Positions 48,129-59,542 of a DNA stretch of 64,000 bases are shown piece by piece (the stretch's first letter is position 1; each line of letters opens with the position of its first letter). Where the stretch lies: positions 8,244-72,243 of IMG/VR virus record IMGVR_UViG_3300045125_000172; one strand, given 5' to 3'. Below the pieces are notes generated by a model. That model was not told the origin of the DNA, made no database searches, and saw nothing but the letters and a program-made list of their open reading frames with translations. Origin of the DNA: a virus. Both the position numbers and the translations under genes were made by a program.

Positions 48129-48734
48129 TTATTCTCCCTTATTGATATTTGTAATTAATCCCCACCTCGTCCCATTTTTAATTCTGGTTATCATAGTTCT
48201 AGATACACCATATATATCGGCTATTTTTTGGTGTGTTATGTTCTTCATTTTTATGATTTTAATAACCTGATCATTTGTGAGTTTTGTTTTTTTATTATGT
48301 CCAGCTTTTATTTTAGTTATATTTGAGTATTTATTACCATAGTTTCCGTTCTTAAAACCAGTTCTATTTTTTGCTAATTTAGACAGTTTTTCTTTGACTG
48401 ATTTTGTGTGGGTTTTTCCATAAAATGGATTGTTGCTTCCTGCCAAAGAATCATAGTTTTTAAGAATATTATATCTTTTAGTTTCTAAAATTTTTTCTAC
48501 TGTTTCTTTTTCTTTTTGTTTTAGTTGTTTTTTATTACAAATCACAAGTATTTCAAACTTAAAAGATTCACAACCATATTTGTTCCAGGCTCTCTGTAGC
48601 AAAAGATTTTTATGTTTATTTTTTTTAAGATCTCTTTTATGTTCTGTCCATCTTCTTTTAATATTTATAGATTGACCTATATATTTTTTATTATCTATAA
48701 TATTTATTATTTGATAAATGCCACAAATTTTCAT
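48129..48734 (-). mobile_element. Free-standing GIY-YIG homing endonuclease with NUMOD3-like and HTH modules
   Basis: CGIYQI..KKYIGQS..RRW..H..L, GSNNPFYGKTHT. Confidence 0.85.
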
Positions 48735-49037
48735 TAATTATTTTTTATATTCTTAAGTTTATCGACAGAGTTACAGATATTTTCTTGACTTTTTTTGTTT
48801 CTCCAAGAGTATCAAATTTTTCTCAATACCCTTAGTGTCTATAGCAACAACATATTTCTTATCATCTATATTAATCGATCCAACCTTTTTTCCAAGGTTT
48901 TATTATTATTTGTTTTGATAGAATAATTCTGATTATTATAACCAGCGTTATTGCTAAAAATTTTCCTAAAATATATCCTATAATTATGCTAACTATATTG
49001 ATATATACTAGTATATGATAGATTAAATTTTCTGTCA

Positions 49038-49351
49038 TTAGCCACTATTTTTAGGTTTGAGTGTACACTTATTATAGTATACACTACAATCCTTTACTAC
49101 ATTAATATTCCAGCTTTTGTAGTCCATAAAGTGACCAAATACAATATGACAAGGATCAGAGCATAATGTAATCAAATTGCTTGGATCTAATTCTCTGTCC
49201 GGATTAAGATGCACAGGTTCTATGTGATGAACCTCTAAACTTTTGATCGACCACAAGCAGCACAAGTTGGATTTTCTTCTAAATGTTGCTTTCTTATTTT
49301 GGGCCATTTGCCCGATCTTGCTGCATACCTAAGTTTAAATAAACCAAACAT
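49038..49351 (-). CDS. Small HNH nuclease (frameshifted)
   Basis: PTCAACG..LEVHHIEP..NLITLC..CH. Confidence 0.8.
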
Positions 49352-49355
49352 TACT

Positions 49356-49721
49356 TTACTGTATTTTATCTATAAATGTTTGCTTATCTTTATAGCCGAC
49401 TAATTTTTTCTTTTCTATACCATCAGAAATTATTCTTGTGTCAGGTATTATTGATACTCTATATTGTTTTTTAAGTATTTTATCATTATCAATATCAATC
49501 ACACAAATAATTTTATTTTCTAAATTCATAGACGGTAAATCATCTTGAAGATTTTGACAAAATGAACAAGTTTTTGAGCTAAATATCAATAATATATCAT
49601 GATCAATTTGTTTTTGAAGTGTTATGGCATCATCAAGACTGTTTACAAATATTGGAGGATGACCATATACGACTGAAAGTAATGCAGATATTATGAATAA
49701 CAGAAAAATATACTTTTTCAT
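49356..49721 (-). CDS. Thioredoxin-fold protein with signal peptide
   Basis: FSSKTCSFCQ (CxxC), YRVSIIPDT (cis-Pro). Confidence 0.75.
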   Translation of the reverse strand: MKKYIFLLFIISALLSVVYGHPPIFVNSLDDAITLQKQIDHDILLIFSSKTCSFCQNLQDDLPSMNLENKIICVIDIDNDKILKKQYRVSIIPDTRIISDGIEKKKLVGYKDKQTFIDKIQ

Positions 49722-50609
49722 ATAGAACCAATAACCCTTCCTTTTGAAGTTCTGTGAATGAATCCTTTTCTTACAAGGTATGGTTCAATACTATTCTCTA
49801 TAGTTTCTATCGCAATTCCAGTTATTGATGAAATAGATTTAAGTCCTAGTGGAGATCCTTTTGATTTTTAAGAACATCAATATACATCCTATCATAGATA
49901 TCCAGCCCCAATTCATCAATACCCTGTACTTCAAAAATTTTATCTATATTAGTTTCGCTTGGGTTGCATAGTTTATAATTTTTATACCATTGCAGCCTAG
50001 CATTTAAAATTCTTGGAGTTCCTTTGCTTCTTTAGCAATTTCCAAAAGGTCTTTGTGGTCTATGACTATTCCCAACTTGTCCGAATTCAATCCTGCTAGT
50101 TTAGCTAAATCATCATCACTATAAAAACATAAATGTTCTTTAATTTGAAAACTGATCATAAAATGGTTGGCTCAAACTGCCACCACTAGTTGTTGCTCCA
50201 ACTAAAGTAAATGCTGGAATCTCAACTTCCTCTGGCTCTGTTTCTAACACTATATTTACAACAAAGTCTTCCATAACAGGATATAAAAATTCTTCTACTA
50301 TTTTAGGAAGTCTATGAATCTCATCAATGAAAAGAACTGATCGCTTTGTCATTCTAAGAAGATATGGCAAAACACTTTTAACGCTTCGTAAGTTAGCGGC
50401 ATTAGCGGTATATAAGATTTACATTTAATTCAGATGCAATAGCACTGGCTATTGTTGTTTTACCAAGGCCAGGAGGTCCGTCTATTAAAACGTGAGAAAG
50501 TACTGTCTCTTCGTCTTTTTGCTCCTGCTATTGATACCTTGAGTCTAGAGATAACATCGTTTTGTCCAATAATTTCATCAAAAGTTGTTGGTCTAATCTT
50601 ATTTGACAT
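49718..50609 (-). CDS. ruvB: RuvB Holliday-junction helicase (frameshifted)
   Basis: [56 protein letters not shown]. Confidence 0.9.
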
Positions 50610-50620
50610 TTTAACTCCAA

Positions 50621-51043
50621 TTAGTCGGTTTCTGGTTTTTCTTGTTCTTTTTGATTATCTTTTATCCAAAATACAAAATCGTTTGCTTCACTATCATATG
50701 CTGATTCTACTATTCCTTTTTTCACAAGTCCCGCAACAATATTGCTTACCATTCTATCATTAAGCGTATAAATAATATCCGCAAAAAGTTTATCATTTAC
50801 TATATATCTTATTTTATTTGATTTTTTATTTCTTTCTTTTTTTATTATTCCTTTGACTATAACTAGTGATTCTTGATGAGAAAGTATATTATTTAGTTCT
50901 TCTTGTTCGTTTTCTTTTACATCGTCTATAAGAACATCTAGTTGATCCTTATTTTGCCAAACACCAAAATTATTGTAGACTATTGCTCGTGCTTTGTCTG
51001 TAAATTCATCTAATTTAGTAATAACATACCATTGATCATCCAT
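50621..51043 (-). CDS. Hypothetical protein
   Basis: 140-aa intact ORF. Confidence 0.55.
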   Translation of the reverse strand: MDDQWYVITKLDEFTDKARAIVYNNFGVWQNKDQLDVLIDDVKENEQEELNNILSHQESLVIVKGIIKKERNKKSNKIRYIVNDKLFADIIYTLNDRMVSNIVAGLVKKGIVESAYDSEANDFVFWIKDNQKEQEKPETD

Positions 51044-51461
51044 ATATTCATCTAGTTGAGAATATCAAATAGTCCTTTATAATAGATTGGTTGGTTAATG
51101 AAATGTGCAGCGTGTGCTTGTATATGCATTTTATACTCTGTATTGATTGGGTCAAATGCAAAATATTGTTTTTTCCATATTGGAGAACCTTGATAATTGG
51201 ACCCCAAATACTGGAGACTATTGCCTCCAGCATTGGGATTCCAACTATTCACAGGAAACTTTTTCACAGGAAAACCGGGAACATTATTTATTTCTTTGTT
51301 TATGATATCATCGATAATATTATTAATCCATTCTGATAGTGGTGTATTTGGGCCAATATCAAACTTGAAAAATATTGATAAGGATTTAATGAAGGATGAT
51401 CATAATTGTAATCGTCTTCATCATCATGTTCATCTTCATCATCATATGGATTATGCACATT

Positions 51462-52570
51462 TCACCCCACACAAAATTGGTCGCCAAGTTGGGCAGCAAG
51501 GTCTTTGGCCGCACTACTAAGGAACCGATTGTTGCTGAAATACAACGCTGTGGACGCTTGATTGAGGTACTCCACGACCGTTTTTAAAAGTTTGGTCTGC
51601 TGACCGCTCAGATTTAAACACCCTCCTCCACAAGACGCTGGTTGAACCACTGCGGGATCGCCATAAGTTTTTTGCGGAACTGAGTCCGCATCATCATCAT
51701 ACGAATCGCTATTGTATGACTTGTTGTGGGGATCATTCATTAGTTGCTGTAGAATCTGTTTGGCAGTATCGGCAGGAACCGGAAGATTATTAGCATCAGC
51801 ATTTTTGTATGCTTTAGCATAACCCTTATACCATTCGTCACTGCACTTAGATGGATCAATAACAACATTGGTGCTTTGACCAGTAAGAGCAGACTGCAAA
51901 TCCGCAACATTAATTGATTGACCAGTTGATCCTGGCAGAATACTAGTAAAGTAAGGAGCCTTCTTTTCCCACCCCTTACGCCACCAAGTATACGGAACAC
52001 GATAAATCTGATTGGCCTTGATCGCTCGTGGATCTCCATCAAAGTAATTTACCAGTTTCTTCTGTAAGCCATTCCAATATGTCTTATTTTTACCAACAAT
52101 TTGTCTAGAATTGTCATCAAAAATCCAGTAGCACTGATATCCGTTACGAGTATCAACTACCCAACTAGGCTTAACTGCAAAGTTGTTGATCTTTTCAAGA
52201 AATCGCTTCTTATGCTGCATTACAACACTAGGCTTAAAATATTTACCCTCATTGTCTCGACCAGCATCCATATCGCAGAAGCAACAGGTAAACTGCTTGA
52301 TAGCGTACAGTTTGCGACCACCATTTACATAAAAGTAAACGTCAGCACCCTTATCTGTGTTAGTCCTCAACAGCCTCGCTAAGATCGCTAGTATGATTCA
52401 TACTACTAATCTTTTTACGAGGATTACCATTATAGCAGTAAATATGTGTTTGATTGAATGAGTCTAAAAATTGTTGCTGTAGTCTGTTCCACGAATTAAC
52501 GTGTCTCTTTCCAGAATTGCTGTTATTCTTATCAAACGGATTAAATCCAAGATTATCGCTAAACATTTTA
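51462..52570 (-). CDS. RepB-type primase-domain protein (frameshift near 52365)
   Basis: DVYFYVN, CDMDAG, SWVVDTRNGYQCYW, DPRAIKANQIYRVP. Confidence 0.65.
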
Positions 52571-52634
52571 GTACCTATTTCTTCTACAAACCTATATTGG
52601 GGTGGCAACCTCTACCACCATATGCAATATAAAA

Positions 52635-52721
52635 TAGCGGGAGAGGAATCGAACCTCTCTCATATAGCGTGTGAATCATTCGATACCAGAGGCTATAAAT
52701 CTTAGTCACCAGACTCCACTT
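52635..52721 (-). ncRNA. tRNA-like structured element (canonical T-arm, atypical remainder)
   Basis: AGAGG-TTCGATT-CCTCT T-arm; AGTGG/CCGCT stem; TATAGC/GCTATA stem closing 23 nt; intergenic. Confidence 0.45.
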
Positions 52722-52731
52722 ATTCTTTTAA

Positions 52732-53604
52732 TCAGCCAGGATACGAGTTGTCGTAATCGTCCTCGTCCTCATAATCATCTTCATCCTCATCATCAAACTG
52801 ATCCCAGTAATCATCACGAATATCATAATCTTCATCCTCGTCATCATAATCAGCATACTCATCTTCTGAGAATTCGGCTGAATACAATGGCTTGAGAAGT
52901 TCTCCTTGATATTCACCAACAACAAGATATTCGCATGTGCGAAGTTTCTCGCAGTTACAATCGGTTGGAACACTCACAACGTCCTTGGGATTAATCTTAA
53001 CAATAACAATCTTATCACCATTTTCCAGACTACCATAACTAGCAACATAATTCAACGCACCAGCATGAAGTCCGTTTGAACAACCACGACCACGATCATC
53101 GTCTACCTTAGATCGTGTCATCTTGCAAACATTACCAACACTGTTGTCGAATACTCCACGATACTTGTCCTTATAATCAGATCGGACTGCCTTATAAGCC
53201 AAGAAACAACCATCCTCAGTAATAGGCAGATGCTCATGCTCAAGGAAATCATATAGTTCCTTTTGGCTCTGCATACTAGGATTCTCCATAAGATTATGAA
53301 GAAAATTAACCAGAGGATAGAAGGGTAGACCCTTGCTCATAAACTCTAGAATACGCTTGCTGATACTACCATGAACAACCTCGCCCTCATACATAACCTG
53401 ACCATTCTTAATCTCCACAAGACCATCACTAAAAGTAGCAACAGCCTTCTGTACATCAACAATATTCAAGAGTTCATCGGCACTTGCTGTTGGCAAAGCC
53501 TCAAGAATCATCTTGTAATTAATATGATCCGGTAAAACTTGATACGTTCTGTTGTTAAGAACAAGCGTAAGATTACCATCAACCCACATAAACGGAACAC
53601 TCAT
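52732..53604 (-). CDS. T4 rIIB-like protein with acidic tail
   Basis: LYDFLEHEHLPITEDGCFLAYKAV, DDDRGRGCSNGLHAG, VKINPKDVVSVPTD..KLRTCEY. Confidence 0.8.
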   Translation of the reverse strand: MSVPFMWVDGNLTLVLNNRTYQVLPDHINYKMILEALPTASADELLNIVDVQKAVATFSDGLVEIKNGQVMYEGEVVHGSISKRILEFMSKGLPFYPLVNFLHNLMENPSMQSQKELYDFLEHEHLPITEDGCFLAYKAVRSDYKDKYRGVFDNSVGNVCKMTRSKVDDDRGRGCSNGLHAGALNYVASYGSLENGDKIVIVKINPKDVVSVPTDCNCEKLRTCEYLVVGEYQGELLKPLYSAEFSEDEYADYDDEDEDYDIRDDYWDQFDDEDEDDYEDEDDYDNSYPG

Positions 53605-53629
53605 TTTTTCTCCTTTGTTTCCTGTGAAA

Positions 53630-56280
53630 TCAACCAATAATTTGACCGAACTGAACCTTAAAATTATCCGTATCATTCAAAGTATTATACCAACTATTAC
53701 TTGAACGATAATAGTAGCCTTTGTTTTCATCCAGTTGCTTGAGAGGATCACTGTGAGTTAATTCTCTCAGATTTCCGCTTACTGGACGCACACACATAAT
53801 ATATTTGAACATCGGATTGTTGTCAAGAGCAACTTTAATAGTTTGCCTCAACACAGACATTCTTGGTGCGGAATAGTCCGCGTCTGATTCTGCTTTCTTA
53901 AAGATTTTCTTGTAGACCTTTGATGAATCATCAGAATACAATTCATCAATAATTCTGTTGATTGTGTTGTAGATCACATTAGAATCCTTGATCTTTGCAC
54001 TATCAAGTCCGTTGATACCAAACTCATTAAGAATTTTGGTCATGTGACCATAATACTCATCCTTCTTGAGTTTGCGAATATCAAAATCGCTACGATGAAT
54101 AGTGTCCGCAAAAAATTCAATTAGCATCAGACTATCAAGCGTTTTAACTATCTTATCATTGTTGATAAATTTACTATAATCCAATCCGAAAACATTAATT
54201 ATATGGAATAGAAACTGTCTATCGATATAACCATTTCCATAAGATGCGTTCATCTTATCGTCGCTATTGTATTCGGTCTTGCACTGTTCCACAAGATCAT
54301 TGAATTGATAAATATCCTTAAACTTTGTATCGTTCAGTTTCTTTAGGCGAGTCTTGGAACTAAGTGTTAAAATCCACAAGGTTGTACCCATCCTTAGTTA
54401 AACGATCCACAACACCACTCTTATTAGCGTAGATATTAGTGCCATCAAGAACTTTATGCTTTTCAAAAGTCTTTGAGACCATACAATTTATTAATTTGAG
54501 GATACTGATCCGTTAGCAGTACCGTACCTGAGAATAGGAACGTACACAATCTCATCCTCGTCCTCTAGTTCTTCTAGGCGATCAGTACTTAGACTACGCA
54601 TATACGCAGCATCATTGTAATCATAACTAAGAGGACTAGTATTCGTCTGATCTCCAAAGATCAAGAAAATTTCTTGGTCACTAACACTACCCTTGCTACC
54701 CTTTACTTCCTCTGGTTTTAGGAGTAGTCTTAATAAGATCACGATAGTCTGATACATTAAGAATATTCTGGTCGCCAACATCTGTAACAAGAGTGGAGAA
54801 ATTATTCTTCACATCTGTATGATCGTTAGCATTAACAAGAAGATAAGCAAAACAATCATACTGATTGCAGTATCTCAGTAACAATCTTCTTTGCGGTTTC
54901 GGTAGCACCGATATCGCACCAGAAGAAAACCATTTGCCCATTCTTTTTTTATTACTATTCCAGTAAGAGTATCCCTTACCAGTAAGAGTATCATGATGAA
55001 TTCGGTCTGTCATATAAACCAAGCGACGAGAACGATAACCAGCGGTTCTATAATTGAACACATACAGGTTTTCATCCTTCTTGAGCTTATACTCAATATC
55101 TTGACCGCTAGAAATATTGTGAGTTTTACCAGAAGAATCAGTCCAACTAGCACCAACAACCTCTCAACCACCAGCAAGATCATTCATTTGATAATAAGTG
55201 GTGATTGCTTCTATCTTGGTTTAGCAGTAGCAATCTTGTCGCTAAAATTCTTCCTTCAGTTCCAAGAAAATATCCTGGGTCTTTTCACGCAGAGTCTTGA
55301 CCACATTCTTGGTATACTGTAGACCCTCTCGAAACATCCATTTCAAGTTCGCCAATCTTAAACTCAAGTTCAAGATAAAGACCCTGATTAATAATCTCAC
55401 CAACAAAAGCCTTCCACGAAGCAATATCGGCCTTATTGAAGGCTCTATTCCACTTGGCAATATGGTCCTGGAGTTTCGGCTTTTCCTCACCAATAAGATG
55501 AGACACTTCAACAGGGTACGCGACATTACCCATCAATAGCAACAACACCGCTTTGAATACGATGATAATGACTTGGGAACTTATTATTATCATTATTGAG
55601 TCGGCAAACACGCCACCCGTCACCATCAATCACAACATTACGTTGACTATATTCCTTGGTGAAATCGTAATTAACACCACCAGAGATAATAGGCTTCATC
55701 TTAAAATAATGAAAAACCCTAATAGCCTTCTGACTAAACTCTGTGAAATCATATTGCTTAACAGCAAAACTAATCTCTAGACCATTAGGTTCACTGGTTT
55801 CTGTGCTGTGAATAAGATTCAGAGTAGGCACACCAGCATCATCAATAGCCGCAATATAGGTATACTGCGTACCGTTAAAATAAGACGTTGGTGGTAAAAC
55901 TCTTGGTATAAGCAAACGGACTCTTACTACCTAGACCAAGACAACCAACAAAATCGTTGCTATCATTCTTGTTACTAGCACCATACGTTGTATACAGATG
56001 CTCCATATCCTTTTGGCTAAGACCCGTACCATAATCACGCACGGTAAAATTAGGATCAGCAGCAGTAGGCAACTTTACCAAGAAAGGGATTCTTATTGCC
56101 AGCACTAATGTGACTATCATAAGCATTAGTGGCAAGTTCACGAATAACCGCCATTACCTTGTCGGAATAAAGAGAGTCCGACAAAATCTTAAACATTTTA
56201 CTGGTCTGTGCAATCGTAAACTGATTCGACGCACTAATACCAGCACTATGAACCTCAACCGTTCGATCCGCAAGTTTCAT
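53630..56280 (-). CDS. T4 rIIA-like protein (GHKL ATPase N-terminus), broken into many frames
   Basis: FKILSDSLYSDKVMAVIRELATNAYDS, VRDYGTGLS, GCLGLGSKSPFAY, NGLEISF; directly upstream of rIIB. Confidence 0.8.
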
Positions 56281-56314
56281 GTTTGTTCTCCAAGGTTTCC
56301 TGTGTGATGCTCCA

Positions 56315-56342
56315 AGTATACATCGTCAATCCGCGTTGTCAA
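56315..56342 (-). promoter_or_regulatory. Sigma70-type promoter for rIIA
   Basis: TTGACA-N16-TATACT, 35 nt above the rIIA start. Confidence 0.8.
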
Positions 56343-56344
56343 CT

Positions 56345-56623
56345 CTACGCTTTCTGGATTGCAAGATTTCTTTTTAACTTCATTGTACAATAAGTTCCAG
56401 CAAACGCTCCTAAAAATAATGGAATAATATATAACATATTTTGGCTAAAACTCACAACGCCAAATGCTGATAACGAGGTTATCATTCCTGCCATAAAAGA
56501 AGACATTAGATTTTGTCGAGATTCTATGCAAAGAATATAATAAGCATAGAACATATCCAAAATAAAGTAGGTGCTAAAAATTAGAATAGCAATATTAAGT
56601 TTAAATATTTGTATCTCGTCCAT
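56345..56623 (-). CDS. Small multi-TM membrane protein
   Basis: Three hydrophobic segments. Confidence 0.55.
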   Translation of the reverse strand: MDEIQIFKLNIAILIFSTYFILDMFYAYYILCIESRQNLMSSFMAGMITSLSAFGVVSFSQNMLYIIPLFLGAFAGTYCTMKLKRNLAIQKA

Positions 56624-57181
56624 GTTTATTTATTCTATTTATGCTAATATAGGAACAATAAATTGGTAATAATCCAACATACCATACTGGTAGTCCTATT
56701 GTTAGAAACCATAATCCAGAAACTAATGATAGCGTACTAAAAATATACAATAAATTTTGGCAATCCTAATCTTGCTAGCAAATAAGTAAATGGTCCTATT
56801 AATAGTACAATCAAAAATATAATAGATACCACGAGTGCTAAACTAGCCATGATTATGTCTCATCGTCATTTTCCCAAAAATCATCTTCTTTTGACGCCCA
56901 GTTTTCTTCGTCTTCGATAGTATAGTTATCTTCTAAATCCTCGTCATCTTCTGCTAGCATTATAGTAAAATTATTTAATATTTCTAGCATCATATCAACT
57001 TTGAACGAAATATCTTTTACTTGTTTTTTTACATCGGATATTTCTTTTAGAATCTTTTCATGATCTTTTCCAGATTAGTAACGTCCCTAAAGAATAATTT
57101 ATCTGATTGATTGATTTTTTTAATGATATCATCAAAATCTTTTGACATTACATTCTCCTTATTTAAGGAAATATTATCTCA

Positions 57182-57739
57182 CTAAATTATACACCTAATC
57201 GATACAATCACACATATACTTTTTACAATAAGAGCATTTTGGGCCTGGGTCTGATTACCCCAAGCATTACTATCTCCATCAAAACTTTCTTTACCAGTAT
57301 CTATACAAACAATTTTTTTCTTTTTTCCTCTTTTTACTACTCCAACATTAAACCAATGACAATCCCAAAACTTTAAGCCAGTTTTATCATAAATATCATC
57401 AACTAAATGCTGAATATCAGCCATAGTAATTTTTGTACGAGGTTTGAATGTTTTTGCTAATTCAGTTACATATCCCCAATCACTAGGATCTAGTTCATAC
57501 ATATCTTGTTCTGGAGCAAATTCTAATTTACATATTTTACTATATATTTTTGGTGCAAGATCATATTTTACTAATTTTTTATGATACCTGTAAGACTCTT
57601 GTGCTTTCTTCTTATTGCGAAATTCTTTAAATATTAGATCTTTTTTATCTTTTATAGGATAAACTTGACAATATCCGCCCTCATCAAACCAATCACTATA
57701 ATCTATGAGATAGTCGTGATTAATCATATGTTCTATCAA
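57182..57739 (-). CDS. Minimal protein-kinase-like (PKL fold) protein
   Basis: DEGGYCQVY (G-loop), IFKEF (beta3 Lys), VTELA (hinge), WDCHWFNV (DxHxxN), IDTG (DFG-like). Confidence 0.7.
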   Translation of the reverse strand: MIEHMINHDYLIDYSDWFDEGGYCQVYPIKDKKDLIFKEFRNKKKAQESYRYHKKLVKYDLAPKIYSKICKLEFAPEQDMYELDPSDWGYVTELAKTFKPRTKITMADIQHLVDDIYDKTGLKFWDCHWFNVGVVKRGKKKKIVCIDTGKESFDGDSNAWGNQTQAQNALIVKSICVIVSIRCII

Positions 57740-58049
57740 TGATTATTGATCCCATAATTTCTTGAGCAACATGGATTGCTTCGTTTAGGTCTGATGTTTC
57801 ACATAGTTTAATTGGGCCTTTTGGAATATCTATCCAGTATGATCCATATACCCCATAAAAAACATCTCCCAAAGTATGATCGTGCATCAGAAAATCTGTA
57901 GCGTCATGAAAAATATCCAAGTACCATTCACCATTATCATCCTGAACCTCTTTTACTGTATCAACAAGAATGAATCTAAAATTAGGGTGTTTAAAATCAC
58001 TTGGACTATGAACCACACCTCTATAAAATTTATTTGGTAAACTTACCAT
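57720..58049 (-). CDS. Hypothetical protein
   Basis: 109-aa intact ORF. Confidence 0.5.
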   Translation of the reverse strand: MVSLPNKFYRGVVHSPSDFKHPNFRFILVDTVKEVQDDNGEWYLDIFHDATDFLMHDHTLGDVFYGVYGSYWIDIPKGPIKLCETSDLNEAIHVAQEIMGSIIIDRTYD

Positions 58050-58410
58050 AATGATTGTATCCCTTCCAATCTTGTTTTAAAAATTCTTCTCTGTTAGAAT
58101 ATAAAGGTACAACTTTCTCATCATCGTTATGAGGATTATCCATAAGTCTAAGAGCATATAAATCGTGCCTATCATTAATTAGACCATATGCAACAGGACG
58201 ATCAAAAATTGATAGCAATTTATTGTATTCTTGTTTTAGTTTGGCTAATTCTTGTTCGCAACCAAACCATCGCTTAGAATCACTACTATCTTCTTTTAAT
58301 TTATGCAGTTGATCTTTAGCATTGTTAACAACAAAACGATCAGCACCATTTGCCCAAGCAAATTCAATAAGAAATTCAATAGGATCAGCGTGTTCGTTCA
58401 TTTCAGACAA
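58030..58410 (-). CDS. Hypothetical protein
   Basis: 126-aa intact ORF. Confidence 0.5.
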   Translation of the reverse strand: MSEMNEHADPIEFLIEFAWANGADRFVVNNAKDQLHKLKEDSSDSKRWFGCEQELAKLKQEYNKLLSIFDRPVAYGLINDRHDLYALRLMDNPHNDDEKVVPLYSNREEFLKQDWKGYNHYGKFTK

Positions 58411-58697
58411 AGCCTATACGAGTTTTTTCTGTGGTAACAATATTCTCTATATCAGAGGCGTTAAAGGTTTCAGTGCAATATGACCGACCATTCCACCATG
58501 CACATTTATAGGTAATTGAATGATTAGGGCCGATACTAACAGCAATAATTGTGCCGTAAACATCATCAGTCAGTTTAACTTTGGTTCCAATATTATAAAA
58601 ATTTAGAGAGTTTTTTGCTCATTATTTTTCCTTGTTCTTCAAAGGTTTTAGTGTATATGTATTGTATCGTTTACCGCATAAGGAGTCAAGAGATATC

Positions 58698-59158
58698 ATG
58701 AATGTAAAAAATCATTATACAAAAGAAATATTATCCAAAATTTGTGCTGAATCTTATAGTTATAGACAATGCTTAGATAAGATAGGAATAGTCCCTGCTG
58801 GTGGAAATTACGCTTGTCTTAAAAAACACATCGAGTTGCATAATATCGACATTTCTCATTTTACTTTACAGGGATGGAATAAAGGTCAAAAACTAGGCCC
58901 CAAAAGATCTATAAATGATTATCTGTCTAATAAGCAAACCATACAAAGTTGGAAATTCAAAAAGAAGATTACTGAATGATAAAATATTTGAGCATAAGTG
59001 CTATAACTGTTTACAGAAAACATGGCTCAATAAACTTAATACCTTTAGAGTTGCATCATATAGACGGAGATAATTAAAACAATAATCTTTCTAATCTTGA
59101 CTTTATTGTGTCCAAACTGTCATGCACTAACTGATAATTATCGTGGAAAAATAAATAG
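58698..59158 (+). mobile_element. Free-standing HNH endonuclease, antisense, abutting the tRNA 3' end (frameshifted)
   Basis: MNVKNHYTKEIL..SYRQCL..GGNY; HKCYNC, LELHHIDGD..NNNLSNLTLLCPNCHALT..RGK. Confidence 0.85.
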
Positions 59159-59434
59159 GAGCAGTGGGATTCGAACCCACACTGTAAACGGATTTTCGTA
59201 CCACTATAGTTTTCACTACCATTTCTGTTTGTGGTCTGGACTTTACCTTAACCATAACTTTCGTTTTAGGTTCCTGCCGTCAAGTCTCTACACCTTCATA
59301 TTTCTATGCTTGGCTCGGTATTAGCAGTTAAGCCTTCACCGAATTTGACAGGTTCTACTTTAAAGATTTCTCCTTTAAGCACTCCAATTTAACAAAAAGT
59401 CCGTTGATGTCTGCCAGTTGGTCACCATGGGCGC
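59156..59434 (-). tRNA. tRNA-Leu(UAA) interrupted by a group I intron; acceptor stem imperfect
   Basis: Exon 1 59434-59397 GCGCCCATGGTGACCAACTGGCAGACATCAACGGACTT; exon 2 59196-59156 AAAATCCGTTTACAGTGTGGGTTCGAATCCCACTGCTCCTA; spliced loop CTTAAAA. Confidence 0.8.
59197..59396 (-). mobile_element. Group I intron (200 nt, IC3-like) in the tRNA anticodon loop
   Basis: Upstream exon ends in U, intron ends in G; CAAATTCGGTGAA (P-like), GAGCCAAG (Q-like), GTGTAGAGACTTGACGG (R), AAGGTAAAGTCC (S). Confidence 0.88.
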
Positions 59435-59542
59435 ATAAGTAATCGACTACAACAATCAGTAGATTTGAGGTTGATTAATCTGTGTGTGCCTCAATCATTT
59501 ATAACTGTTGTAGCCGACTACCATTGTTTTAAACGATCGTTC

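Noticed and set aside
51396-51587. His-rich and Ile/Met-rich repetitive ORFs (also 52671..52895)
   Set aside because: These are alternative-frame readings of Asp/Glu-rich low-complexity tails (GAT/GAA repeats) on the minus strand.
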